Shown piece by piece: positions 1 through 11,197 of a stretch of DNA of 33,585 bases; position 1 is the stretch's first letter, and each line of letters opens with the position of its first letter. The stretch covers positions 1 to 33,585 of the forward strand of contig DHMA01000006.1 of NCBI GenBank assembly GCA_002405555.1, read 5' to 3'. The position numbers and the translations under genes are program-made. The stretch comes from Opitutia bacterium UBA4654. Lineage in GTDB: Bacteria; Verrucomicrobiota; Verrucomicrobiia; Opitutales; Intestinicryptomonadaceae. Below the pieces are notes generated by a model. That model was given only the letters and a program-made list of their open reading frames with translations, had not been told where the DNA came from and searched no databases.

Positions 1-1
1 T

Positions 2-928
2 AATTTCGGCTTCACAACCAAACTTCTCGAAAAGCTTGAAGCCGCGGACAACAGGGCAAGCATTCTCATCACCTCGTCGATTCAGGCCGCGCTCGACAAC
101 CCCTACGGCAAAAGCAAGAAAGCCGCCGAAGACTACATTTTCGAATACGCCGAACGGACGGGCGCAAAAGCCTGCGTTTACAGACTCCCCAACGTTTTCG
201 GGAAATGGTGCCGCCCCAACTACAACAGCGCGATTGCCACTTTCTGCAATAATGTTGCGCGAGGGCTTCCCATCACGGTGAACGACCCCAACGTCAACAT
301 GCATGTGGTGTATATCGACGACCTCGCCGACGAAATCATGCGCGCTCTCAAAGGCTCTCCGACGCGCGGAGACGGAGTGGAAATCGGCGAAAAGTTCTGC
401 ATGGTTCCGATTACGCACCGCGCAAAATTGGGCGAAATCGCCGACACTATAAAATCGTTCGCGGAGTCGAGAAAGACGATAGAAATACCCGACATGACTT
501 GCGGCTCGCTTGCCACAAAGCTTTACAGCACATACCTGAGCTACCTCCCCGAAGACGGCTTCGACTATCCGCTCAACATGCACATTGACGACCGCGGCTC
601 TTTTACCGAATTTATCCGCACGGCTGACCGCGGGCAGGTTTCGGTAAACATTACCAAACCCGGCATTACAAAGGGCAACCACTGGCACCACTCCAAGAAC
701 GAAAAGTATCTGGTGGTGAAGGGCAAGGCGTCGATAAGGTTCAGAAAAGTCGGGGAATCGAAGGTGATTGAATACATAACCGACGGCGAAAACCTAAAAG
801 TTGTGGACATTCCGACGGGCTATATTCACTGCATAGAAAACATCGGCGACGGCGACCTAATCACAATCATGTGGGCGAACGAGCCGTTCGACCCCGAAAA
901 GCCCGACACATTTTTCGAGAAAGTTTGA
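2..928 (+). CDS. wbjC: WbjC/CapF/FnlB-type NAD-dependent epimerase-reductase with C-terminal cupin domain (UDP-L-FucNAc pathway); 5' end lies outside the window
   Basis: The frame is open from base 2 (NFGFTTKLLE...SSIQAALDNPYGKSK...RLPNVFGKWCRPNYNS). It has the SDR YxxxK motif and the cupin motif KGNHWHHSKNEK. The ORF-track start at 278 is internal. Confidence 0.9.
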   Translation, partial: NFGFTTKLLEKLEAADNRASILITSSIQAALDNPYGKSKKAAEDYIFEYAERTGAKACVYRLPNVFGKWCRPNYNSAIATFCNNVARGLPITVNDPNVNMHVVYIDDLADEIMRALKGSPTRGDGVEIGEKFCMVPITHRAKLGEIADTIKSFAESRKTIEIPDMTCGSLATKLYSTYLSYLPEDGFDYPLNMHIDDRGSFTEFIRTADRGQVSVNITKPGITKGNHWHHSKNEKYLVVKGKASIRFRKVGESKVIEYITDGENLKVVDIPTGYIHCIENIGDGDLITIMWANEPFDPEKPDTFFEKV

Positions 929-931
929 TAT

Positions 932-2056
932 ATGGAAAAACTCAAATTAATGACAATCATAGGCACGCGCCCCGAAATCATAAGGCTTTCGGCGTGCATA
1001 AAAGCGTGCGACAAATATTTCGACCAAATTCTCGTCCACACGGGTCAAAATTGGGACTACTCCCTCAACGAAGTTTTCTTCAAAGACCTGCAACTGCGCG
1101 AACCCGACTACTATCTCGACAGCGTCGGCGCGAATTTGGGCGAAACCATGGGCAACATCATAGCGAAGTCCTACAAGGTTATGCTCGAAGAAAAGCCCGA
1201 CGCGCTCCTTATCTTGGGAGACACAAATTCCGCGCTTTCGGCAATTTCGGCAAAACGCCTGAAAATCCCGATTTTCCACATGGAGGCGGGCAACCGCTGC
1301 TTCGACCAAAACGTTCCCGAAGAAATCAACCGCAAAATCGTTGACCACATTTCCGACATCAACCTGCCCTACACCGAGCACTCGCGGCGGTATCTGCTTT
1401 CGGAGGGATTCCGAAAAGAGCACATTTTCGTGACAGGCTCGCCCATGAAAGAGGTTCTCAAAGAGTTCGAGGCAAAAATAGCCGAAAGCGGCGCGCTTTC
1501 CGAATTGGGGCTTGAAAAGGGAAAATACATCTTGGTATCCGCCCACAGAGAGGAAAACATCGACAACGAAAAGAATTTCATGTCGCTGATGACCGCAATA
1601 AACAACATCGCGGAACGCTACCAAATTCCCGTAATCTACTCCACCCACCCGCGAAGCAAAAAGTTCATAGAGGCGCGCAACTTCAAATTCAACAAGCTTG
1701 TCAGAAACCTCAAACCGTTCGGATTTTTCGACTACAACAAACTCCAACAAAACGCGTTCTGCGTGCTCAGCGACAGCGGCACGCTTTCGGAGGAAAGCGC
1801 AATGCTGGGCTTTGCGGGAGTGCTGCTCAGAACCTCGACCGAACGCCCCGAAGTGCTCGACAAAGGCACTGTCGTAATCGGCGGAATATCGGGGCGCGAC
1901 ATAGAACAGGCGATAGATTTGGCGGTTGCCATGAGGGAAAACAACGAACCCACCGTGCTTGCCAACGACTACCGCGACGAAAACGTGTCGGTCAAAGTGG
2001 TTAAAATCATACAGAGCTACACGAAGATAATAAACAAATTCGTTTGGGGCAAATAA
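932..2056 (+). CDS. wecB: Non-hydrolysing UDP-N-acetylhexosamine 2-epimerase (WecB family; FnlC/WbjD/Cap5G-type by context)
   Basis: Motifs GTRPEIIRLS, VHTGQN, LGDTNS, HMEAGNR, HREEN and SDSGT. Starts 3 nt after the wbjC-like gene. Confidence 0.92.
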   Translation: MEKLKLMTIIGTRPEIIRLSACIKACDKYFDQILVHTGQNWDYSLNEVFFKDLQLREPDYYLDSVGANLGETMGNIIAKSYKVMLEEKPDALLILGDTNSALSAISAKRLKIPIFHMEAGNRCFDQNVPEEINRKIVDHISDINLPYTEHSRRYLLSEGFRKEHIFVTGSPMKEVLKEFEAKIAESGALSELGLEKGKYILVSAHREENIDNEKNFMSLMTAINNIAERYQIPVIYSTHPRSKKFIEARNFKFNKLVRNLKPFGFFDYNKLQQNAFCVLSDSGTLSEESAMLGFAGVLLRTSTERPEVLDKGTVVIGGISGRDIEQAIDLAVAMRENNEPTVLANDYRDENVSVKVVKIIQSYTKIINKFVWGK

Positions 2057-2115
2057 GCCCTTTCGATTTCATGCGCGGCGATTGCCCGCATTCCCCAATT
2101 TATTAAAATGCAGGA

Positions 2116-2145
2116 CGGGGCGCGAACCTTACGGTTCGCGCCCCG
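2116..2145. terminator. Strong hairpin between convergent genes, probable terminator
   Basis: Perfect 13-bp inverted repeat CGGGGCGCGAACC-ttac-GGTTCGCGCCCCG. The U-tract is short. Confidence 0.65.
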
Positions 2146-2179
2146 CTTTACCATATCACTTACTATATACTATTAGGGA

Positions 2180-3616
2180 TTACTCATACCTAACAACAAG
2201 ATAGCCGTACGGCGCGAGCTTCGCTTTCAAGCCGTCGCCGTATTTTCTGTATGTCGCGCCGCCTGCGAGCATTGTCGAAAACTTGTCCGCTTTCAGGAAC
2301 ACGTCCGCGTCCACTTCCGCGTTCCGCGTGTTCACCACCACGAGCACGTTTTCCCACTTCGCGTTGCGCGTGAACGAAAGCACGCTTTCGGGCGCGCCGT
2401 TATCGACCCACGCCGTAGTGCCGCTCCACAATGCCGTGTTTTCCTTGCGCATTTTGGAAAGCGCGCGAATCAGCTGCATTCTCGCCCAGCCCTCTCGGGT
2501 TGCGATATTCTCCCACGCGACAAACGTACGTCCGTGCGTGTTGTCGGCGAACATCGAGAAGTACGCGTCGTCGGCGAATTCGTTTCCGTTATAGACGAAA
2601 GGAATGCCGTCGATTGTGAAGTTCAGCACTTGGATTGCGTCCATGCCGCGGTTGCCGAACTGTTTTTCGTAGCGCGCGCCGCCCTTGTCGGGTTGGCAGG
2701 CGTCGCTTGCGGTGTCGTGGTTGTCGAGGGCGCGGAGCAGGCGCGAGCCTTTTGCAAACGCGGCGTCCTGCTCTTCCCAAATTTTGCGGAGCGAGTCGGC
2801 GGGCTTTTTACCCTGAAATACGTTGATGATTCCGTATTCCCATTTGAAAGAGTAATTTGCGTCGTAGGCGTCAACCTGCGCGTCTTTGCGTTCGCCCTCG
2901 GCAATCATGATGACGTCGGGCTTGATTTTCGAAATGCGGGTGTACGCCTCCGCCCAGAAGTCGGCGGGAACTGCCGGTTCGACGTCGGTGCGGTAGCCGT
3001 CTACGTCGAACTTTTCGACGAAGTACTCCATGTTTTTGATGAGGTAGTCGCGAAGTCCCCTGCTGTTGAAGTTGAGTTCGGGGAAGCTCCAGCGGCCGTT
3101 TTTGACTTTGCCGTCGGCGTCGCGCACGACAAAGTCGGGGTTGGTTTCAATGAAGACGGCTTTCGGCCCGCAGTGGTAGTAAACGAGGTCGAGCACGACT
3201 TTCAGACCGAGCGCGTGCGCCTGTTCGACGAAGTTTTTAAGGTCTTTGTCCGTGCCGAAGCGGGGGTCGATTTTGAAATAGTCCTTCATTCGGTAGGGGT
3301 TGCGGGGGTTGTTCAGCCCCGACGCCTTTTGGCGTTTGCTCCAAAAGCGGGTGTCGCCGTCGTCGTCAGCTTCGACAATCGGGCAGAGGTACACGATGTC
3401 CATTCCGAGCGACTTGATGTGCGGCAGAAATTCGGCCGCCTTTGCGAGCGTGCCCTCCTGCGTAAAGTGCTGGGGAAGAATTTGGTAGACGACCGATTTT
3501 TTGAAGAATTCGGTCGTAGGCCTCGCGTTTTTATCGGAGGCGTTTGCGGGCGCTCCGAAAAGCGCCGCGGCAAAAATAGAAAGAGCGGCGAATGATGAGA
3601 GTTTTTTAACGTTCAT
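2180..3616 (-). CDS. Secreted alpha-amylase family (GH13) glycoside hydrolase
   Basis: N-terminal signal peptide (ends ANA-S). GH13 conserved regions DLVYYH, DGYRTDV (nucleophile Asp), IAEGE (acid/base Glu) and LDNHD, plus GIPFVYNGNE. Confidence 0.9.
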   Translation of the reverse strand: MNVKKLSSFAALSIFAAALFGAPANASDKNARPTTEFFKKSVVYQILPQHFTQEGTLAKAAEFLPHIKSLGMDIVYLCPIVEADDDGDTRFWSKRQKASGLNNPRNPYRMKDYFKIDPRFGTDKDLKNFVEQAHALGLKVVLDLVYYHCGPKAVFIETNPDFVVRDADGKVKNGRWSFPELNFNSRGLRDYLIKNMEYFVEKFDVDGYRTDVEPAVPADFWAEAYTRISKIKPDVIMIAEGERKDAQVDAYDANYSFKWEYGIINVFQGKKPADSLRKIWEEQDAAFAKGSRLLRALDNHDTASDACQPDKGGARYEKQFGNRGMDAIQVLNFTIDGIPFVYNGNEFADDAYFSMFADNTHGRTFVAWENIATREGWARMQLIRALSKMRKENTALWSGTTAWVDNGAPESVLSFTRNAKWENVLVVVNTRNAEVDADVFLKADKFSTMLAGGATYRKYGDGLKAKLAPYGYLVVRYE

Positions 3617-3738
3617 ATATAGTTATATCGAATTGACTTTTGATGAAGCTATTTTTTCGACGCGCCCGCGTTTTACAACATATTTTTGGAGAAATTTAGT
3701 AAACAGTTTACCCGCAGGAATTATCGGAATTTGCCGAC

Positions 3739-3770
3739 AAAAAAGCCCCGCGAAACGAGTCCCGCGGGGC
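3739..3770 (-). terminator. Intrinsic terminator of pyrG-kdsA
   Basis: GCCCCGCG...CGCGGGGC stem followed on the minus strand by T6, about 30 nt after the kdsA stop. Confidence 0.8.
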
Positions 3771-3799
3771 GTGTTGAAAAGAAAAATTCGGCGTTTTTT

Positions 3800-4600
3800 T
3801 TAGGCTTTGCCCAATGCCGCGCGGATTGCAAGGCACGACTCCACGAGGTGTTCGAGCCTGTCGAGCGGGAGCTGTGTCGCCGCGTCCGAAAGAGCCTTTT
3901 CGGGTTCGGGGTGCGTTTCGATAAACAGACCGTCCGCGCCCGCCGCTACTGCCGCCCGCGCGAGGATTTCCGCGTATTTGCGCTCGCCGCCGCTTACGCC
4001 GTTGCCCGCACCGGGGAGCTGGGTCGAATGCGTTGCGTCCATTACGGTGGGCGTTCCGTTTTGCGCCATTATGGAGAACGAGCGCATGTCCACAACGAGG
4101 TTTCCGTAGCCGAAAGTCGTTCCGCGCTCGGTCTGCCAGACTTCCGAAGCCCCCGCGTCGCGCAGTTTCGCCACGGCGTATTTCATGTCGTAGGGCGAGA
4201 GGAACTGCCCTTTTTTGACGTTCACGCATTTGCCCGTTTTTGCCGCCGCCACAAGGAGGTCGGTCTGACGGCAGAGAAACGCGGGAATTTGGAGCGCGTC
4301 GCAGACTTCGCCGATTTTCGCGCACTGGACGGATTCGTGGACGTCGGTAATCACGGGGAGTCCGAACGTTTTGCGGACATCGGCAAGGATTTTCAGTCCC
4401 TCGTCGATTCCCGGCCCGCGCGGGCTTGAAAGGCTTGTGCGGTTTGCCTTGTCGAAGCTGCCCTTGAAGAGAACCGTAAGCGAGTCGGCGAATTTTTCGG
4501 CTACCGCCGCCACGCGCTCCGCCACGCGGAAGCTAAGCTCCCTGCATTCCAGAGAGCACGGCCCTGCGATTAGAAGAAGTTTTCCGTCGCGAAAAATCAT
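3800..4600 (-). CDS. kdsA: 3-deoxy-8-phosphooctulonate (KDO8P) synthase
   Basis: Motifs [41 protein letters not shown] and DATHS. Abuts the pyrG stop. Confidence 0.97.
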   Translation of the reverse strand: MIFRDGKLLLIAGPCSLECRELSFRVAERVAAVAEKFADSLTVLFKGSFDKANRTSLSSPRGPGIDEGLKILADVRKTFGLPVITDVHESVQCAKIGEVCDALQIPAFLCRQTDLLVAAAKTGKCVNVKKGQFLSPYDMKYAVAKLRDAGASEVWQTERGTTFGYGNLVVDMRSFSIMAQNGTPTVMDATHSTQLPGAGNGVSGGERKYAEILARAAVAAGADGLFIETHPEPEKALSDAATQLPLDRLEHLVESCLAIRAALGKA

Positions 4601-6217
<1,617 letters not shown>

Positions 6218-6387
6218 TTAATTAAAAACCCGAAAGGGGCGGGTATGGCAACACTATTCGTAAAAAATTTTTCCAGAAAATTTGCAACACATTGAAATTT
6301 CGGCTATTGCAAAACGGAAGCCGTCCGCGGCGAAAGTCGGACAGCCCGCCTGCGCAAAGCCGCCGCGGGGCGCGTTTCTGAATCAAC

Positions 6388-6414
6388 AAAAAGGCGCGGA
6401 CAGGTATCCGCGCC
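6388..6414 (-). terminator. Intrinsic terminator after rhaT
   Basis: 8-bp stem GGCGCGGA/TCCGCGCC followed by T5 on the minus strand. Confidence 0.7.
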
Positions 6415-6463
6415 GAGTTTCGCAAGTCCCGAACAAGAGTCGGGCGTCAATGGGCCAACTTCG

Positions 6464-7501
6464 TTATATCGACATCACGAACGTGGACGCCGCAAGAACC
6501 AGAATGCCGAGCCACAGCACCGCCTTTGTGAGTTTTGACGAGCCTTTCCATTCGCCGATAAGCAGCCCGATTACGCCCGCGAACACGATTACAAACGCCA
6601 TCAAAATCGCCCAGCTTGCGAACGCGTACTGCTCCGAAAGTTTTGTCTGCCCCATGCCGTAGAGGAAGAACTGGCAGTACCAGAGCAGACCGCCCAGAGC
6701 GCACAGAGCCGTGTAGACAAGCCCCCTGCCCGCGCCCGCCGCCTTGGCGTCGGCAAAGCTTTTGTTTTTAAAGGAAAGGAACAGACACCACGCAAAATTC
6801 GTGGCAAAGCCGCCGACGAGCGTGATTATGAGGATTGCGCTGTTTTTGAAAAGCTCCGCCTGCGCGGGGTCTATCGCGGCGAGAGCCTTCGCCTTTTCGG
6901 CAATCGGCTTGCCCGCGTCCATCGAAAGCGACATGCACGCGCTCAGAAAGCCCGCGACAATCGCCACCGCAAAGCCTTTCGCAAGGCTGAATTCCGACGA
7001 GCCGCCGTCCGCGCCCGCCGCCTTGGCGTCGCGCTCTTTCATCATGCCCGCAACGCCGTTTATTGCGATTCCCAACGCGCAGATGAAGACTCCTATGAGC
7101 ACCAGAAGCCCCGCGCGGTCGGAGGCGATTTCGAGAATCTTGCCCGACTTAATCGGCGGAATGAGCGTTCCCACCAACGCGCAGAAGCCGAGGGCGACCG
7201 CCGTGCCCAAACCGATTCCCAAATAGCGCATCGAAAGCCCGAACGTAAGCCCGCCGACGCCCCAAAGCGCGCCGTAGACGAATGTCCAGACAATGGTGTC
7301 GAACTCGACCTCCCCTATCGCCTGCCAGCAGCTGGGGATTGCGAAGCTTGCGATAAGAGTCGGGCATATTATGAGAGCCGCAAGCGACCAGAAAATCCAC
7401 ATCACCTCCCACTTCCACTTGACGTATTTGAGCGGTGTGTAGAACGCCGCCGACACAAAGCCCGCGAGCGCAAAAAGCATAATTCCGTAAAACGAATCCA
7501 T
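6464..7501 (-). CDS. rhaT: L-rhamnose/H+ symporter RhaT
   Basis: About 10 TM segments, with motifs KWKWE, GALWGVGGLTFGLSMRYLG, WYCQFFLYGMG and GEWKG. Start set at ATG 7501, which is preceded by the SD AAGGAG. Adjacent to rhaA. Confidence 0.92.
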   Translation of the reverse strand: MDSFYGIMLFALAGFVSAAFYTPLKYVKWKWEVMWIFWSLAALIICPTLIASFAIPSCWQAIGEVEFDTIVWTFVYGALWGVGGLTFGLSMRYLGIGLGTAVALGFCALVGTLIPPIKSGKILEIASDRAGLLVLIGVFICALGIAINGVAGMMKERDAKAAGADGGSSEFSLAKGFAVAIVAGFLSACMSLSMDAGKPIAEKAKALAAIDPAQAELFKNSAILIITLVGGFATNFAWCLFLSFKNKSFADAKAAGAGRGLVYTALCALGGLLWYCQFFLYGMGQTKLSEQYAFASWAILMAFVIVFAGVIGLLIGEWKGSSKLTKAVLWLGILVLAASTFVMSI

Positions 7502-7547
7502 TTGTTGTCTCCTTTTGTTTTCGCGCCGAAAGCGGCGCATGGGGTTG

Positions 7548-7578
7548 AAAAAAACAAACCGCCGAGAATGTCGGCGGT
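7548..7578 (-). terminator. Terminator-like hairpin between rhaA and rhaT
   Basis: 8-bp stem ACCGCCGA/TCGGCGGT followed by TTGTTTTTTT on the minus strand. Confidence 0.6.
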
Positions 7579-7597
7579 CCGCGGAAAATCCGGACAA

Positions 7598-8848
7598 TTA
7601 ACGCTTCGAAAGCACTTTCTGTTCGTACTTCTTGATGCCCTCAAACATCTTCAAGCCGCAGGGCTTGCCGCTGCGCTTGCAGTATTCCGCCCAAACGTCG
7701 GCGAACGGAAGCGTGCGCGATTCCTCCATGAGGGCGAGGCGCAGACCGAAATCGAGGTCGTTTTCCGCCTTGCGCATCGCCGCGACGGGTTCGAGCAGGG
7801 CGTAGAGGAACGCCTTGCGGGCTGCCCTCATGCCGATAGCCCAAGCGAAAATGCGGTTAATCGACGCGTCGAAGAAGTCCATGCCGACGTGAACCTTGTC
7901 GATTGCGTTGGTGCGGACGATTTCCTGCATGATTGCCGTGGTGTTGTCGTCGAAAAGCACGACATGGTCGCTGTCCCACCTTACGCCGCGCGAGACGTGC
8001 AGGAGAAGTTCGGGAACGAACATCAGAGCCGAGGAAATTTTGTCGGAAATCGTTTCTGTCGGGTGGAAGTGTCCCGAGTCGAGGGTCATGAGCATGCCGT
8101 TCTTTACAGTGTAGCCCATGACGAATTCGTGCGAGCCCACGACGTAGCTTTCGCTGCCGATGCCGAAGAGTTTGCATTCGAAGGAATCCTTGTTGTATTT
8201 CTTCGAGATTTTGGTTTTGAAAATCCTGTCGAGAGAGTCCGCCATGCGTTCGCGGGGCGCGAGCCTGTCGGCGGGCATGTCCTTCATGCCGTCGGGCATC
8301 CAGAAGTTCGTGATTACGGTGTCGCCGAGTTCCTTGCCGATTTTTTCGGCGATTTTGCGGCAGGCGATGCCGTGCTCAACCCAGTACTGGCGCACGCCCT
8401 TGTCGGGGCTTGAAAGCGTCATGCCGTCTTTTACGAGCGGGTGCGAGAAATACGTCGGGTTGAAGTCTATGCCCATTTTGCGCGATTTGCACCAATCGAC
8501 CCAGCCCCTGAAATTTTCGTAGCCGATTTTGTTGCGCTCGACCTTTTTGCCGCCGAATTCGCCGTAGATTGCGTGGAGGTTGAGGCGGATTTTTCCGGGG
8601 ATATATTTTACGGCTTCGTCGATGTCGGCGCGGAGTTCGTCGGGATTGCGCGCCTTGCCGGGGTAGTTGCCCGTGGCCTGAATGCCGTCGCCCGAAAGAC
8701 CCGCGTCGGGAGTTTCGAAGCCGCACACGTCGTCGCCCTGCCAGCAGTGCATGGAAAGCGGAATGGAATCGAGAATTTGAATCGCCTTTTCGGTGTCTAC
8801 CCCGAACTTGGCGTACTGTTCTTTTGCGTCTTTATAAGTGTTTGCCAT
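7598..8848 (-). CDS. rhaA: L-rhamnose isomerase
   Basis: Motifs SMHCWQGDDV, GIQATGNYPGKAR, DFNPTYFSHP, KLFGIGSESY, GHFHPTE, HVSRGVRWDSDHV and DFFDASINR. Start set at MANTY (8848). Confidence 0.96.
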   Translation of the reverse strand: MANTYKDAKEQYAKFGVDTEKAIQILDSIPLSMHCWQGDDVCGFETPDAGLSGDGIQATGNYPGKARNPDELRADIDEAVKYIPGKIRLNLHAIYGEFGGKKVERNKIGYENFRGWVDWCKSRKMGIDFNPTYFSHPLVKDGMTLSSPDKGVRQYWVEHGIACRKIAEKIGKELGDTVITNFWMPDGMKDMPADRLAPRERMADSLDRIFKTKISKKYNKDSFECKLFGIGSESYVVGSHEFVMGYTVKNGMLMTLDSGHFHPTETISDKISSALMFVPELLLHVSRGVRWDSDHVVLFDDNTTAIMQEIVRTNAIDKVHVGMDFFDASINRIFAWAIGMRAARKAFLYALLEPVAAMRKAENDLDFGLRLALMEESRTLPFADVWAEYCKRSGKPCGLKMFEGIKKYEQKVLSKR

Positions 8849-9056
8849 ATGACAAAAATTCATAGGAAGCCCCGCGCCGATTGCAAGCATATTTTAAAGT
8901 TTTTAAACAAAAACAGACGAAAACCCAAACGGCGGCGCAAATCCGCACCCCGCTTCGCCACGCCGCTTTGCCCGCAATTCGGCGGATATTCGGCGCAAGA
9001 CAGTACGGGCGAATCAAAACTTGTTCAAAAAAATGACCGCGCGGATAAAAAAATAA

Positions 9057-9085
9057 TTGCCTTTAAGTGATTTTTTTGAAATTAT
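9057..9085 (+). promoter_or_regulatory. Putative sigma70-type promoter of glycerate kinase-proC
   Basis: TTGCCT-N17-AATTAT with an extended -10 TG. Confidence 0.45.
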
Positions 9086-9146
9086 AGAAATAATGGCGGT
9101 TAGTTGGAATTTCCCATAATTCTAAAAAATTACAGCATTACTTATC

Positions 9147-10277
9147 ATGAGCAAAACACTGAAATTCTTGGTAGCACCCGATAAATTCCGCGGCTCGCTC
9201 TCGGCGAGTCAGGCTGCGCACGCCATAAAAATGGGGATTCTCGCCGAATCGAAAGACGCCCAGATTTCCGAATACACGCTCACCGACGGCGGCGACGGCT
9301 TTGTAGACACAGTTTCGAAGGCAATAAAAGGCTCTAAGGTCATAAGGCTCAAAACCATCGACCCCACGGGGCAGGTGCTTACCGCAAAATGCGCATTACT
9401 TGACGAATCCACGGCGCTTGTCGGGCTTACGGAGGCGTCGGGAATCAACCTCGTTTCGGAGCAGGAGCGCAACCCCGCAAAGCTTACGAACATAGGTTCT
9501 GGGCAGATTCTCGAAAAACTCGTCGAACGCGGCTACAAAACGATTATCGTGGGCGTCGGCGGAAGCGCGACAAACGACGGCGGCATAGGGCTTCTCATTC
9601 CCCTCGGATTCAAATTTCTGGACAAGGACGGCAAAGACATCGAACCGACGGGCGAGGGCCTTGCAAAGCTCGATAAAATCGTTCCGCCCGAAAAGAAGTT
9701 TTCGACAAAGTTCGTCGTTGCGACCGACGTCGGCAACCCGCTGCTCGGCAAGACGGGCGCGGCTCTCGCCTACGCCGAACAAAAGGGCGCGACGAAAGAA
9801 CAGGCGGAGGCTCTCGAACAGAACATGAAACGCCTCACGGAAGTCGCAAAAAAATGCGTGGGCAAAAGCGCGCACGAACAGGCGGGAGCAGGCTCGGCGG
9901 GCGGCTGCGGCTACGGACTGATGACTTTCCTCAACGCAAAGCGCGTAAGCGGCTTCGAGCTGTTCGCAAAATACGCCGACCTCGAAACGGCGGTGAAAAA
10001 TTCGAACATCGTAATCACGGGCGAAGGCGTCTTCGACGCGACCGACAAACAGGGCAAAGGCCCGTACGCGCTCGCGAAACTCGCGGCGAAATACAAAAAA
10101 CCCGTGTGGATTTTCTGCGGCTCTTCCACGCTCTCGCAAAAGGACATCGACGAAATGGGAATCCCCAACGCGAAAATCGGGCAGATTCTGCCCCTCGCCC
10201 CGAACCTCGTGGAGGCGCAAAACAGGGCGCCGAAATTCCTCTCGCACTTGGCGAAGGAATTTGTCAAACAACTTTAA
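9147..10277 (+). CDS. glxK: Glycerate kinase (GlxK/GarK family)
   Basis: Motifs VAPDKFRGSLSA, DGGDG, VGVGGSATNDGG, DVGNPLLG, GAGSAGG and ITGEG. Confidence 0.92.
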   Translation: MSKTLKFLVAPDKFRGSLSASQAAHAIKMGILAESKDAQISEYTLTDGGDGFVDTVSKAIKGSKVIRLKTIDPTGQVLTAKCALLDESTALVGLTEASGINLVSEQERNPAKLTNIGSGQILEKLVERGYKTIIVGVGGSATNDGGIGLLIPLGFKFLDKDGKDIEPTGEGLAKLDKIVPPEKKFSTKFVVATDVGNPLLGKTGAALAYAEQKGATKEQAEALEQNMKRLTEVAKKCVGKSAHEQAGAGSAGGCGYGLMTFLNAKRVSGFELFAKYADLETAVKNSNIVITGEGVFDATDKQGKGPYALAKLAAKYKKPVWIFCGSSTLSQKDIDEMGIPNAKIGQILPLAPNLVEAQNRAPKFLSHLAKEFVKQL

Positions 10278-10289
10278 TAGCATAGTAAA

Positions 10290-11090
10290 ATGAAAAAATT
10301 CGGCTTCATAGGCGCAGGCAAAATGGCAGGCGCAATTATCCACGGAATTTTGGCGAGCGGCAAAGTGTCCGCCGCCGAAGTGGCGTGCTCGTGCGGCAAC
10401 GACGACACGGGCAAAAAACTCTCGGCGGAAACGTCGATTGCGCTCGCCGACAACCTCGAATCGCTCTTCGCGCAGTCCGAAACGATTGTCGCCGCGTGCA
10501 AGCCCCAGCAGCTCAAAGACGTCGCGGCGGCGGGGAAGTCGGCAAAGAGCAAAGTGCTTGTGTCGATTCTCGCGGGAACTTCGATTGCCCGCCTGCGCGA
10601 GTGCTTCCCGAACGTCGGGAAAATCGTGAGGGTAATGCCGAACATGCCCGCGCAGATTTCGCTGGGAATCTCGTGCTACGCGCCCGAATCGCCCCTTACC
10701 GACGACGAAAGGAAAACGGTAGACACGGTGCTTTCGGCAATCGGCGAATACATGGAAATAGAGGAGGCGCGGCTCGACGCCGTAACCGCGCTTTCGGGAA
10801 GCGGACCGGGCTACATCTTCGAATTCGCCGCGGCAATGATTGCCGGCGCAAAAGAAATAGGCTTTTCGGACGAAGAGGCAAAAAAGCTCGTCGAACGCAC
10901 GCTCGTGGGCTCGGCGGTGCTGCTCGAAAAATCGCCCCTGAGCGCGGACGAACTGCGAATCGCGGTGTCGAGCCCCGGGGGCACGACGCTCGCGGCTCTC
11001 GACGTTTTCGAAAAGAGCGGCTTCCGCAAAACGGTCGCCGACGCGCTCAAAGCCGCCGAAAAACGCTCGAAAGAGCTGTCCAAACTGTAA
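10290..11090 (+). CDS. proC: Pyrroline-5-carboxylate reductase
   Basis: Motifs GFIGAGKMA, CKPQ, RVMPN, TALSGSGPGY and VSSPGGTT. Confidence 0.97.
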   Translation: MKKFGFIGAGKMAGAIIHGILASGKVSAAEVACSCGNDDTGKKLSAETSIALADNLESLFAQSETIVAACKPQQLKDVAAAGKSAKSKVLVSILAGTSIARLRECFPNVGKIVRVMPNMPAQISLGISCYAPESPLTDDERKTVDTVLSAIGEYMEIEEARLDAVTALSGSGPGYIFEFAAAMIAGAKEIGFSDEEAKKLVERTLVGSAVLLEKSPLSADELRIAVSSPGGTTLAALDVFEKSGFRKTVADALKAAEKRSKELSKL

Positions 11091-11127
11091 TAAAACCGAC
11101 ATTTTAGCGTTTTTTTAAGCAAAAAGC

Positions 11128-11156
11128 TTGACTGAACATAAAATGAATGGCACATT
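11128..11156 (+). promoter_or_regulatory. Putative sigma70-type promoter of the PEGA lipoprotein gene
   Basis: TTGACT-N17-CACATT with an extended -10 TG. Confidence 0.55.
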
Positions 11157-11197
11157 GCCAACCAATCAACCGCAATAAATCTACAACAAAACCCTTT

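Noticed and set aside
9396..11102. 568-aa antisense ORF across glycerate kinase and proC, and similar long shadow ORFs (2534-3595, 13091-14302, 17449-18645, 20706-21935, 27360-28646, 30833-32107)
   Set aside because: These lie antisense to well-conserved genes and have no recognisable motifs. They are expected when sense genes avoid TTA/CTA/TCA codons in a GC-rich genome.
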